Part shown: positions 22,797 to 35,317 of the stretch, one piece after another
How the letters are laid out: each line of letters opens with the position of its first letter
Position numbering within the stretch: position 1 is the stretch's first letter
Assembly: GCA_010356995.1 (NCBI GenBank)
Contig: ML996687.1
Location: forward strand, 1,241,803 to 1,305,802
DNA from: Trichodelitschia bisporula
Taxonomy: Eukaryota
Direction of reading: 5' to 3'
DNA length: 64,000 nt
Notes under the pieces: model-generated
The model's input: the letters and a program-made list of their open reading frames with translations, nothing else
Told to the model about the DNA's origin: nothing
Databases searched by the model: none
Translations under genes and position numbers: made by a program

Positions 22797-24821
22797 ATGG
22801 GCAGGTCGGCGTACCTGACGAGGCTGGCTTTGGTTTGTCTTCCACAATCGACGTCATTATCTAGTCTTGCAGGCGATATCTAACTTTCTTAGGGCCGCTC
22901 GGCCTATGAACCCCCCGACCCTGAGGACGTAGCGGCATTCAATGCTGCTGCTATATCTGCAAACGGCGTCGACTCGATTTACTATGATGAGCGTGGAAAT
23001 CCTGTAAATCCCGCATCTGCGGCGCTCGCACGGCAGTTGAGAAAGGCGAAGAACAAAGTACTCTCTGCTGTCGGCGTAGTCGTGCCGAAACATGAGCCGG
23101 GGTCTGGCAGTGTCAGCGATGAGGTCAATCCATATGGCTTGGGGCTCATGGGCGACGAAGACGCTGCTGGAACACTGTTCAGCTTTCTGTCTTCTCCCTT
23201 CTGTCACCTTTTCCGTCGCCCATGGATCGCCTTAGGAAACCGTATTTTAGTGAGTCTACTGATACTGTTTCTGCTCCTTCTCATAGGTATAGGTTTTTCC
23301 GACTGCCGAAACACAATCATTCGTAGAAGTCGTCCAGTCGCATGTTCGGCTGATGGGAACGGCCGGCTTCTTGGTTCCCGGATTGCTGCCAGCATTCTCC
23401 GGCATCCTCATCCGTCCGGATTCATGGAGCGGTCCACTCGCCTATCAGGTCGATAGACTGGTGATGGCCTATGTGAGTTCAAGAAATATCAGGGAGTTTT
23501 ATTTCAATCATTGCAGTGGAGTTGTTAGATTTGCGTAGGTACACTCCATCAGCTTTGCCGCTTTTGCTGACTTCCTCCCAGCACGAAACTCCTCTTGCAT
23601 TCTTTAGTTGCGCCCCTTTCCCTGCATAACTGGCTCCAGCAGCTTGGTCTAGTCTCTCCACTCCACGTTTTCCCAAGCCTAGGGGCTTTCTCCCTCTTCT
23701 CAACCTCGCCTTACCTTTTGAGACTCGAGTGTAAACCATTCTGGAGTCTTGTGGCATTCGACTATCTGAATGAACAACTTCATCTGCACCTTGCGGCGAC
23801 GTCCACTTTTCCGGCCCTCTTCCATCCCATCGAGCTGACCACAGAAACGGAGCAAAGTCTCGGCCCGGAAGTTGTGGAGGCATTCAAGGGCGATCTCTTC
23901 ACCCCATACCTCCATTCCTTCTTTACCGCTCTAGGCTGGAGCTTGATTCCTAAGCGGAAACCCTTGCCGCTAGTTCAGAAAAACGTCAGACTACTTCCGA
24001 CCAGGCAACCCGGATTCGTTGCTGAGGGCGTTCAAGCACCAATCGGCCAGCAAGAGCGTGAAGGGTCTCCTGAATCCGCTCACGGCAGTCGCTCTAGTGG
24101 AACTAACACCCCCACGCCCTCATCTGTCATGCAGGGTAGTACTCATGGGAGTACTGACGGCGCCAACCGAGAGGATATCCGAACTCCAGATCCTGAGGAT
24201 GCAGCAGAGTCTGGGGACGCAGCAGAGTCTGAGGACGCAGAAGAGTCTGAACACGCAGAAGAGTCTGAACACGCAGAAGAGTTCGAGCGCGCAGAAGAGC
24301 GGGTTTGGGTCGGGATCGAAATCGACGATGTGACGGAAATAGGTGATGATGCTGCTGCTGATCAGCTCGAAGGTAACGAGGACCTTGAGCCGGTCCCCCT
24401 TCCAGTTCAGCCCGTCATGCATCATATCTCACGCCTGGCAGTGCACACAGTCAGTCAGCTTGCGAACATGGCGGTCACCCCTCTCGCATACTGTATTTTG
24501 CTGCCCGTGCGCATGGTTATGCTGCGTCGGTTAGTTGGTGCGTTGGCGGAGCGACCTGAGTGGTATCCTTTGTGCCAGACTGGACCGTTTTCTTCGCAGA
24601 TGGTACTCGCATTCGATGGCAGCCTGAGAAGTGCGTTGCTTCCTGGGAAGACGCTGCTGAAGAACGTGGCTCTGTCAGTGATGGGCAATGCCCTCGTGGG
24701 CGCAGTGTACTGGCTTGGGGAATGGGTGGTCATCAAGTGGATGGGAAAGCGGTACTACAGGTGGGGAACGCCCCAGGTGGGATCGGATGGTGATGATGTG
24801 CGTTTTACGAGACGTTCCTAG
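22797..24821 (+). CDS. Conserved fungal hypothetical protein with hydrophobic segments (multi-exon)
   Basis: MGRSAYLTRLAL^GRSAYEPP...YDERGNPVNP...; GT-AG introns link ORFs 23037, 23353 and 23595-24821; head-to-head with RRP9. Confidence 0.75.
24195..24299 (+). repeat. Coding minisatellite, ~6 x 18 bp (EDAAES/EHAEES)
   Basis: GAGGATGCAGCAGAGTCT, GGGGACGCAGCAGAGTCT, GAGGACGCAGAAGAGTCT, GAACACGCAGAAGAGTCT, GAACACGCAGAAGAGTTC, GAGCGCGCAGAAGAG. Confidence 0.9.
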
Positions 24822-25189
24822 TTCTAGTCGTTTCACGTATGATACCCCCCGTAGGCTCGAATATCGAATAGCATTAATTTCAGCCCCTCCGCCCTCCATC
24901 GCCAATCGCCGCTTCCTCACCACTTCTCATCGTGGCAAGACGCTTCGGGCTAGCCACCGGGGCTGACCCGCATCTTGGCACCGGCCCGCCGCGCGCGCGA
25001 CCCCAGACCGGGTCTGCAGGATGAGCACGAGCAGCAAACGTCAAACAGCAACGTGTGATGAGCGTCAAGGACAGGCCGGACGGCCAGCCTGCGTTGTGCT
25101 ACGAACGGCCTGGTCCGCTTTTGACCGAGGCGGTTCATTCGACCACCTCCGCAGAATAGTTCTGCGAGAGACTCGTATCAGGCTGGCCA

Positions 25190-25225
25190 GGTGATACCCT
25201 GCAGGCCGGTGATACCCTGCAGGCC
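25190..25225. repeat. Perfect intergenic 18-bp tandem duplication
   Basis: GGTGATACCCTGCAGGCC x2. Confidence 0.85.
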
Positions 25226-26167
25226 GATGGGCCAGCCATTGACCTGGAAAATCACGATCAGACACGAACGGGGCCCGGGTCGCTCACGCTCTGCGGCCCG
25301 CGGGTAATTTATCGCTGATGTTACTCAAGGCTTGGGAGCGGGGCTGCGCTGCATTTCATGGCGCTGCGGGTGTGAGCGATTTTGATAGCGGGGCAGGTAT
25401 TGCCCGAAGGTTGCTGGCTAGGTGCACTGCACGCGGGACGGAGAAAGCCAGCTTGGCGTACGATCTAATTGTGGTGTTGGGAAGCAGAGATTTCGACGCC
25501 TTGGTTTGCGGGGGGATAGTATTGCTTTGCGGGGGGGGGAATATTGATGCGTGGTGTGGCGCGTTGCGGCTGAATGAGGCGGCGAGTGGAGGTGTTCTAT
25601 TCTAGCTATGCATTTGGATTGCTTGTTGAGTATCAGGCAGAGATGTAGATTTGCTTGTTCAGTAGAAGGCGGAGATTTGAGCAGTGGTTTGCGGGGGTGG
25701 CAAGAGGTCCCACTGGCGGAGCTCTTCCCGAAGCGGGATTACCGTATCGATTTGTTGGTCGCGATGCAAGAGGAGATGCACTGCGGCGGAGCTGTCGTTC
25801 AATATGGCTGCGTGGAGTTGGGGGCGGAGGCGGGGCATGTGTTCTGCGGAGGGTTTGGACGAATGGATATCTGCAAGTGCGGGCGGGCAACATGGGGTGG
25901 CGGACGTCTCGCTTCGCGCCCTGTGCTTACTGGAGAAGGCCGAGGGTGCAGCCTCGTCGAAGAAACGAATTGGGTAAGCTGGCTGCTGCGAGGCGTACAG
26001 GTGGGCTAATATGCGCAGGGTGGGCTTGTGATGTGCTCGAGGGGTGAGCTTTGAGCCGCATGCATATTTACTCGAATAAGACCCGGGTGATGTGCGACAT
26101 CACTGCATCGTGCTCGTGCTACATTTTTTTCGATCGTCGGGTCGTGGTTTTACTGCTAGGCTTCAAC

Positions 26168-28983
26168 ATGGCTCCTGTCGCGACCAGAAATGGGGCGGCG
26201 CTGGTATGTGCCCTGGGGTTTACGCAACGATCGCATTTCTGATAATGGGGTAGCTACTTGAGAACATCGTCCCCAACCCGATCAGGTACATCGAAAAAAC
26301 TGGACTTAAAGAGTTCGTCCAGAACCTCTACGTGGACGAGAAACTGAATGATGTTGTCTCCTTCCGAGAGTTCTGGAATGGGGCAAAGCTGGCAAGGAGT
26401 TCGTTCTCTCTCCCTTGACTTTCGAACTTCGGCTATTCAAGTCAGGGGACGAAAGCTTACTGGGATACTAGGATATGGCGTCCATGACGTCGATGAGGAG
26501 GTCTATGAGGAGGAGGACGGTGCGAACGCCAGGGGTGAGAGACTTTCGGAGGGTGACGTAGCACCTCGGCGTCAGAGCGGGAATCGGAGTCTCGCAGGAT
26601 CTGAAGCCAACATTGAAAACCTTCCATCTCACTTCGACGAGCCGGATCTGCTCCTTACAGATGCGGAAAAGAGGGCTTTGCGGATTCAGCGGTCCAAAGC
26701 CTTCTGGCGGGAACCAAAAGATCTCATCGTTACGCTGATAGGATGTTGCATGGCTTCCATGACCCAAGGTATGGCATTTCATGCATATCAACGAGCATAC
26801 TGTGGCTATGACCGCTAACAGATAACAGGGTGGGATCAAGTCGCAAATGGCAATCTTGGTGAGCATTTCCTTCCCCTCCGTATAGGAGCTCAAGTGCTCA
26901 CTTTTTGCAGGATGGCCAGATGATTTTGGTGTCCCTATATCTGCCGACCAGACAGGAAACAACGTCTGGAAGTTTGGCTTGGTGAATGCCATCCCATGGT
27001 TCTCCGCAGCGGTTGCAGGCACGCTCCTCATAGATCCTATCTGTCACTCTCGGTTTTTTGGACGGTATGATGCATCTCTACTCGACTTTACCACCTGTGC
27101 TGATAGCCCATTAGTCGCGGTGCTGTCTTCATTGCAGCATGCTGCAGGTATTTACCTCACCTAACTGCAGTGAAACTCGGCTAACCTGTGTAGCTTCAGC
27201 GCCATGGTTGCAGGATCGCGGACGCAGAGCTGGCGAGCCTATGTCGGTACACGAGTGATCCTGGGGGTGAGTGCCGCCCAATACAAACAACGCCTCAACT
27301 TACCTCGTATACAGATCGGCATCGGCGCCAAAGCCTCCATCGTCCCCATCTGGGAGTCCGAGATTCTCCCTCCAGCTAAACGTGGGCGCCTTTTGGTGTC
27401 ATGGCAGGTCTTCACCGGTATTCACAGCCACTCGCACTTGAGTCCCTGGTAACTAACATTTCGTAGCGCTGGGTATCTTCTTTGGCAGCTGTGCGACGTA
27501 TATATTCCGCGACAGCTGGCGTAATCAGGTTCTCAGCGGGGCGCTTCCAGCGCTGGTGTTGATGATCATGACGTTCATGTGCTGCGAGAGCCCGCGGTGG
27601 TTGATGCTCCAAGGAAGATACTCCGATGCCTTCACCACCCTGATTCGGCTCCGCGGGGACCGCGTTCTGGCTGCTGAGGAGTTTTGGTACATCTACTATC
27701 ATATCATGGTCCGCGTCCTTCGCCACCTTCGGACTTTAGTTAATGATTCTCAGGCTGAACGTAGAGCCATGCTCAAAGAATACAGGAATGAACCGCGGGA
27801 GAAAGCTAACCCCAAATACCACCGCGTGGGCTTCAGCGACCGGTTCTTGAACCTCTTCACTTACTCACGGTACTACTCTTAATCCTCTTCTTATGTCGAG
27901 CTAACACGCCCAGCAACCGGCACGCCGCTATCGCCTCCGCCATCGTGATGGTATCCCAGCAACTCAGCGGCATCAACATACTCGCCTTCCTCGCAACCGT
28001 CTTCTTCAGCACCGCCAACCTCCGCTCCGACCCTCCTCACAACCCCGATGACCCCAAAGACCCGATCACCCACGCCAACAGTATCAACAGCCTCAAGCTG
28101 GCTATTGGCTTCGGCGCCGCCAACGCCGTCTTCTCCGCCCTGGCCTATTTCCTCATAGAGCCACCCAGCGACCCGGCCGAAGACGAAGATCAAGATCCCC
28201 GCGCGCCCGCTGCCAAACGGTCAACACGCGACTGGCTCCGCCCCCCGCGCTGGGCGTGCGGGCGCCGGGCGCTGCTGCTTCTAAGCATGGGCCTGGGAAC
28301 GGTCATGCTGCTCATCTTGACGGGTCTGCTGACGATGAATCAGAGCAACGGAGCAAAGCTACCCGTTGTCATGGTGTTTGTGATTCTGTTTACGCTGGTT
28401 TATTCCCCTGGCGCGGGGTGTGTACCGTTTATTTACTCGAGCGAGATTTGGCCCAATGAGGGCCGCGGTAAGTGAAGGTTGTTTATGGTTAGGGGTCAGC
28501 GTGTTGATAAGCTACAGAGATTGGGATGAGTTCGGCTGTGTTTTGGAATTTCCTTGGTGAGCGCCGAAGACAGTTTGGGGTGAGAAGATGCTAATGCTCT
28601 CAGGGGCGGGTCTGCTCGCTTTTTTCGTGCCCAAGGGCTTTGCGCAGGAGCATGCAAGGCTGTTTGGCGTGTTCACGTAAGCTCCCTCCTTTGGCTTTGA
28701 TCTTATGCTGACGAATGCTCCCAGCGCGCTCAGCTTCATCGGCTTCATGCTGATCTGGTGCTTCGTGCCTGAGACGGTGGAGGCCACTACCCTTGAGGAA
28801 ATGAGCGACATATTCAAGCGCTCCCCGATGCAGCATCTCCAGGACCGGATTAAGAGGCTTCGTGGACAGAAGGTCCCGCCGCCGTCGAATCGGAATAGTA
28901 TGCTTGGGTTGAATTATACTCCGCAGAGAACTCTGAGTACATTGGAGCGGGGAGGGCCTAGGGAGGAGCGTGGTGAGGAGTAA
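26168..28983 (+). CDS. MFS sugar-porter family transporter (polyol/inositol-like), more than 10 introns
   Basis: GIGAKASIVPIWESEILPPAKRGRLLVSWQ, CESPRWL, SQQLSGINILAF, GRRALLL, YSPGAGCVPFIYSSEIWP, FVPET motifs across spliced exons. Confidence 0.88.
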
Positions 28984-29674
28984 AAGGTGGCGAACTCGGG
29001 GATGGACCTCGGCGATGGATCTGAGGGAGGAACGTAATTGGGCTGAGTACCTTACAAATTGTATAACGGTAATGAGGCGCGGTGTGCTGGATGCACGTCT
29101 TTGACAGGAGATAGATCCCTGATTCGGGTTTTTAGATATCTGAAGCCGTGACTCGGCCTTCTGAGAAAAGGAAATGCCTACATGACATGCATGATAGAAA
29201 CCGAAGACTTTCACAACATCGATCTTCGGAGGTATTGGCTAATGTAGACAAGGCAGGAGCATTGATATGGGAGGAAGGAGCATATTACCCTTGGGAAGGG
29301 ACTTAATGAAGTGCGCATGATGGAAGGAGCATAGGATACTTGCATCCACAAGTGTATTTAGTCTCGAGCGTCTCCGACTCTCTCTTCCTCTTTGCCCTTT
29401 ATCAACTCCTCACTTCACACCGTAGTCTTTTGCACGTGTCAAGCCTGTGGCTCCATTATTGGCTCTTCCGTACGACGCACCTGGCCCGTATGAGGTACAT
29501 GGTCGAATTCTCCACAGCGCTAGCTCCAAAGAGCGGGTATCATTTCCATTCCCAAAATCAACCGTTCATCCCGCTCCAAAAAGACGCAGTTGTAATACAG
29601 GGTAGTCTCATGAGAAAGAAAAGTAGCCAAAATCGTGCGTAAAAGCCCAAACCAACATTCATCACAAAGCCCAA

Positions 29675-31889
29675 CTAGATGCGAGCGATGATATACTCCC
29701 TCACCTGCCGCTGCCGCGGATCACACCCCTTGATCAACTTCGGAAACGGTTTCCTCCCCTTTCTAGCTGCCGCATGCACCAAGGTCCTCGCAACCTCCAT
29801 ATCCGGACTGGCATCGTCGGCCAATAGCCACAGCGGAGTGCGGCCCATCTTATCTTCGACATTGACATTCGCTCCCTTGCCAATAAGTACCTCCAGGGCA
29901 TCCAGGTTCTGCGACTTGATGCAATAATGCACCGGCGTAAGGCCGATGACGTCTCTGGCTGCTGTATCGGCGCCATACTCCAGGAGCTTCTTGACGGCCT
30001 TGGTGATCTGGCCTCGCTTCCAGCGTAAGTCGTCGCCTTGCACCATCACGGTGCCGATGGCTATGTGTAGTGCGGTGTGCTTGTCGCGGCCGTATGTGGC
30101 GTTGATTGGGAGTACAGGGAGGTAGGCTTCGAATCTGGGCCAGTCGAAAGTGGAGGTGCCGAGTTTGAGAAGGAGCTTGTTGAAGTCGGGGTCGGGTTGG
30201 GGAGGCTAAGGAAGGGTTAGCAATGAAGCAAGATGCCTGAAGGGTTTGAGAGCTTTATACCTGGACAGCTTGCGGTAGAGGGTAGTCCGAATTTCTGCGG
30301 ATGGTAGGCCCGAAATCGGAGCTTTTGCGGAATCCTGACACCCCGGAGTCTTTGCGTAGGTGTGGAGGCACGTTCGGCTCTGTCATCCGGCGCGAGATGT
30401 CGACTTGCGGCTCCGTCATCCGGCGCGAGATATCCCAACGTGAGTCGTTTCCAAGCAGTGTTGTGGTGTCACCTAAAGATCCGGACGAGGAGGTAGAAGT
30501 CGAGTCTGATCGCGGGCGGGTGTTCACGTTGATTGTCCAGTCTGTTTTGAATGGCTGGTCAGGACGTGTGTGAAACTCCAAGGACACATCCTTTTCGAAG
30601 CTGTCTTTGGGAGGAGCAATGGTCTGCAGAGAGGTAACATCGGCACCTGCGCCTGGTGGTGGAGACTGGTGGGTGAGGAATCTATGAGACGGTCAGCAGC
30701 TTTCGAAAAGAAGAGTTGGGAATTTACTGTTCAAATTGGAGAGCCACGGTCATCAGATGTTTGACATCTTTTGACTCCAAATCCTCGTCCTTGACTGGCA
30801 ACTTCTTCTTCATTTGTGCTTTCAGCCGCATATCCGCCGATTCGAGACTCTCCGCCAGCACATGGTGAGCCGCCGACCTCACCACATGCTGAACACTTTC
30901 GGGCAACGATGCATATACAGTCTCCGTAAAGCTGTGAAGCGTGTTTCCAAGGGAAGCGTACGCGTGCGCAAGCTGGGATGTTTTTGGGGGCTGATCCTCA
31001 ATGATTTTGGAGGCGACGTGCTGAAGCCCGCTGCTGACGCTATGGATGCCGCTTGCCTCAAGCTCCTTTAATCGATCGTGGACGTGCCAGAACCCGTCAC
31101 CAGCGCTCTGGATCGTTCGGGCGACTTCTCGGGTGGATTTGGACTGCAAAACCATCGTGAGCTGCTTGGTCAAGTTGCCTACTTCTTCCTCGGTGATTTT
31201 CGGTCTTAAGGGGTCGCGCGTTATGGTCTGTTGACTGGTAATTGGCGTCGAATGAGGATGCGCTCCGTGGGCTATCATTGACATGACCTTCCTGAACCCC
31301 TCCATCATCAAATGATGGGATTCCTGTTGAAAATAGTGGGACTCCTGCTGAAGTTCGTGGGACTCCTGTTGAACCCTCGCGAGTTGCTGTGTCATCGCCC
31401 TACATATGGTTAGAACATGTGGATATTCTTGCCCTGGAAGGATTTAGATACTCACACCTGGAGCTGAAAAACTGTGTAGCTAGCTAGCTGCATCTTCGTG
31501 GTCAAAGCCATCTGGAAGGTTTCGATCTTCTTATCCATATCCTCAATCACCCACTGAACCTTCCACCAATGCTCTCCGACATGAGCAACTTCATCCTTCC
31601 CGAGTCTCTTCTTATATTTCTTGTCCAACTTGGTCCAGAATTTGACCACATGGTCGCAGCAGTCTCCACACGTTTTGAGCACGTCCTGTTGCAAGTTTTC
31701 ATGTCCCTCGACTGTTGCTTTGCTGTACTGTGATTTGGCGTTGATCAGGATACTCTTTAAACTTTGTAGGTCGGAGCGAATCCCGAGGAAGCGGTCATCG
31801 ACACCTCCAGCTTCGCGCAGTGCACCGATGACTGTTGTGACAAACTTCACGCCCGCAACGATATCGCCGGCAGACCACCCGAAAGACAT
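29675..31889 (-). CDS. HeLo-like/SesA-type (fungal STAND N-terminal) domain + C-terminal ankyrin-repeat protein, 4 exons, no P-loop seen
   Basis: N-terminus MSFGWSAGDIVAGVKFVTTVIGALREAGG; three GT-AG introns (~31455-31400, ~30727-30682, ~30260-30206) keep the frame; ankyrin motifs HTALHIAI, GLTPVHYC, GRTPLWLL. Confidence 0.8.
30370..30434 (-). repeat. Coding 33-bp duplication (DISRRMTEPQV / DISRRMTEPNV)
   Basis: Visible in DNA and in the translation of ORF 30255-30587. Confidence 0.85.
31309..31371 (-). repeat. Coding 21-bp x3 repeat (QQESHEL QQESHYF QQESHHL)
   Basis: Visible in DNA (tgggactcctgttga-like units) and in the translation of ORF 30724-31395. Confidence 0.85.
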
Positions 31890-33630
31890 TACTGCTGTTG
31901 AACTCGGGACCCGGCCACGCGGTAAAGATGCAGATGCGGATGCGAATGCGCCGGCTCGTCGCCAAATCTGGCGTTAATGCTGAGAGGAACCAGCGATGGT
32001 AGCAAAGGTCTTCAGAATCTGAAAAGTCCCGTGGTTGGAAGATGTCGTCTCGTGGGTCCAGTAAGAGCACAGACACCGAGGGTTGCAATATCAAGGTCGT
32101 ACTAAAGGCCGTTAGCATATGCAGCAACCTATCGCGACAACGACCGGGGAGGCAATCGCCCTCCATCATCAACGACTGACGTTAAGAGGCTACTAACCGT
32201 TTAAGCTCCCGCTGTGGAGAAAGGCGCTAGAGTGTCGAGTGTGAAGACGGCGCAGTGAGTTCTCGACCTTTCATTGATAGCTAAGAGGCCGCACGAATTT
32301 CGTAGTGCTGGCGACGGACCTTTGTTCAAAGAACACTATTAATCGTAAGCCCGATTCATATCGAGTCATCTCTCTCTCGACCACGTCGCCGCGCAGCAGC
32401 TGGTCATCACGCTCTCAGCTTGACCACCTGGCCGGCCGGGCTTAACAGCAGCCCAGCGAGCCCGGCCTCACCAAGCCACCACCACTGTCCGCCAAAAAGC
32501 CCAGAAATGAATGACCACAACTCACATACCTCCAAGGCAGCCAACAAACCGATAAACCGACATCAACCCAGCGCAGCGGTAGGAGATTTACGACACCTGA
32601 AAGGATGCAGTAACTAGTGAGGCGGGGTTCTCTAAAACTAGCCAGCTCTGGGGGGGGAGAGGAAGGGAGGGGGGAGGGGGGTAAGGAGCGAGGCGGGGCA
32701 TGTTCATGAGGCTGAAGCCCTGCTATGAAGCCTTCTTTTCACTCCGTCCCCTTCCATTTCCCACCCCCCCCCAGGCCTGTCAAACCACTTCAAAGAACAG
32801 GATAATCGCCCCCTCCCCCACTCCCCGCCCGCAACCGCCATTGGCCTGTTCCACGATGCACATGGTCCCAACCTGCACGTCCTGGTCGACAGGCTGCAGT
32901 TCACCAAAAGCAGCGAGCCTGGAAGCAGCCACGTCTCTCAGGTCGTGCTGCTAGCGGCTCTGGGGCGTAAGTTGTAAACCATAGAGCGCATGTTGAATAC
33001 AGGCTGCCACTCGTGATGTGCGGTACATGCCTTTCTCTTCACGATAATCTCGTCGGAGGTACAACAGACCAGCTGGATGGCTATTGATCGACATACCCTC
33101 CTCGGAGAAAAAAAGCCACCGGCAACCGCAGCCGGGCCAAGGGCCCAGGAAGGCGGCCTCAAAACCGTACTCGCTTTCCCGCCTCAAAGATCGAAACCGG
33201 ATATCAATTCACTCGTCTCGTACTGTGTAAACGCGGGCTCACCTGATGAGAGCCGTGATTAGTAGATTAAGCTAGATAATTATCAGACTGTACCATCGAC
33301 AATCCTCGCGTGTGTGCTTCGCCCGCATGAAGCGTTTTGCTCCCCACACACGCCAGCCCAATGCCCATTCGCCCTTGCCTGTCCTTCAATCCCGCGTCCC
33401 CTCGAAATGCATGTGCCCTGCCTAATACCAACTGCATCCCAATATCAGCTGCATCTACAATAGCCTCGTGCGGAGCGGCCACCGCACGAAAAGGAGAACG
33501 GAGTAACGTAACCCAGCAAAATAACGCTCGCATAATACAGCAACAGCAGAATGCCTTCAACCCAACCCTGTCAGCAGCAAAGCGACCCGCACCGCCGGCG
33601 CCGACCCGCGGTACCGGCCCTCGCACGTAC

Positions 33631-35317
33631 CTACATCCCCCAGAACTTCCATCCTTCGCGCACGTCGCTGTTATCAAACTGCTTGCTCGCCGCCACGCCA
33701 ACAAGCCGCTCGATACCCTCATTGCCGTCCGCGCGCAGGAACTTCTCCTGGTCGATTTCCTCGCCGCCCTCCTCGCCGCTGCCATTCTGCAACACCGCAG
33801 GCCAGAGCACGCCCACACCGTCGCCCGCCAGCGTCGTCTGGAACATCTGGAAGCCTTCGGCCTCAAGCGCATGGCTCAGCTTGACTAGCCGCTCCGTCTT
33901 GTGCATCGATGCGCGCCGGTGAAGCCTGATGCGCTGCCCTGGCTCGGCTTGGGTTTCCTTTAGCGATTCGGGGTTGACTATAGTGATCGCGCAGCCGCCA
34001 CCACCGGCACCCGTCAGCTTTGTCCACCCGATGCCGGCGCCGTCGATGAGTTCGCGGATGCGCTCGAGCTTGGGATGAGAGACACCGAGGGAGACGAGGA
34101 GGCCGTGGTTGATGGTGCAAAGCTCGCCGAGATGGCGCAGCGTTGCGGGATCCTCGGAATCGAAGCTCTCCTTCGAGATAAGGTTGTGTGCGGATTCGGT
34201 GACATTGCCTATGGCGTCGAGGATGAGGTTCGTGATCTCAGGGTGCTGTTTTCGAAGGACCGCAACCTTGGCCACCTCGGTGTGGGTACTTCGTGACTGG
34301 CGCGTGTTGACGAGAAGGAGAGGGAGCTCTGGGAAATCGGGGAGTGATGTAACCACGGGCGGTTTATTGTAATCCATGCGCTGGAAAAGGACTGCCTTCC
34401 CCCGAGAAGCGACCGTGTTGTCGACGCCGGACGGGTTCCCGTGTATACACATTTCCGCCACAAAGGCCCACTGATTTATCCGCTCGATCTGAATCCTCGA
34501 TTCGTCGGGTGGCTGGTCCTGGTGCGGGCCGCTCAGAGCCCGAATCTGCATCAACAGTGCACAGCTTAAGCACACGGCAATGCTTGCGCTGCTTCCCAAA
34601 CCCGCACCGATTGGGATAGTGGACCGTAATGTGTACACACAGGGTGGCGATTTTGGCGATCCGAGTGAGAGGAAGAGGTAAAGGAAGGCACTGGCAGAGG
34701 AATGGTGAACCTTGCGCATGTCCTCGGAGAGACCTGGAGAGATGGTGGCAATGTGTGGCTTCAAAGCGTCCATCAATTCAGGGTCTAATGTGTTGACGAG
34801 ATCGTAGTATGCCCGCTTCTTTCCATTTTGTGAGAATGTAGCCCAAGGTAGCTCATCAATATTCCAGGTATGATCAAGTCCAATGTCGGGGAACCTGAGG
34901 GACACGGTGCGGCGAGATTTGGAGAGAAAGGTGACGAGGAGGTAGGATCGAAGAGAGATGGCTGCAGCAATCGCTGGCTGGGATAATATCAGCATGGTAG
35001 TCTTCGGGACGGAGGCGCAGTTCTACTTTTCCATGAACCACTGCATGCTCGCCATACACGATGACCTTGCCTGGTGCAGAGACCATAAACGCTGGCATCA
35101 GAGGAGTCGACATCTTGCGTTGCCTCCGCGCGGTTTCTGTAGCGCCGTTGACGGCACCTTTGTTCACGCCGTTGACGTTACCGTTCGCCGACATCGCGTC
35201 GTCGGTTGACGAGTCCGATTCGCTGCTAGGCACGTCTTCTTTGGCAAAAGATGCGCGCTTCACATGACCGCTGGCCCCGTTACGCGCGTGGGTCGGTCGG
35301 GGAGTCGAGGCAGCCAT
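33631..35317 (-). CDS. ERG12: Mevalonate kinase (2 exons)
   Basis: VSAPGKVIVYGEHAVVHGK^PAIAAAI, PIGAGLGSSA, IHGNPSGVDN, KLTGAGGGGC; intron ~34978-35026. Confidence 0.96.

Noticed and set aside
24195..25225. Short direct repeats as a CRISPR-like array
   Set aside because: No spacers, eukaryotic context; simple tandem repeats
33190..33260. CTGATGA near GAAA, suggesting a hammerhead ribozyme or box C snoRNA
   Set aside because: Stem II/III geometry cannot be built and no properly spaced box D with terminal stem is evident
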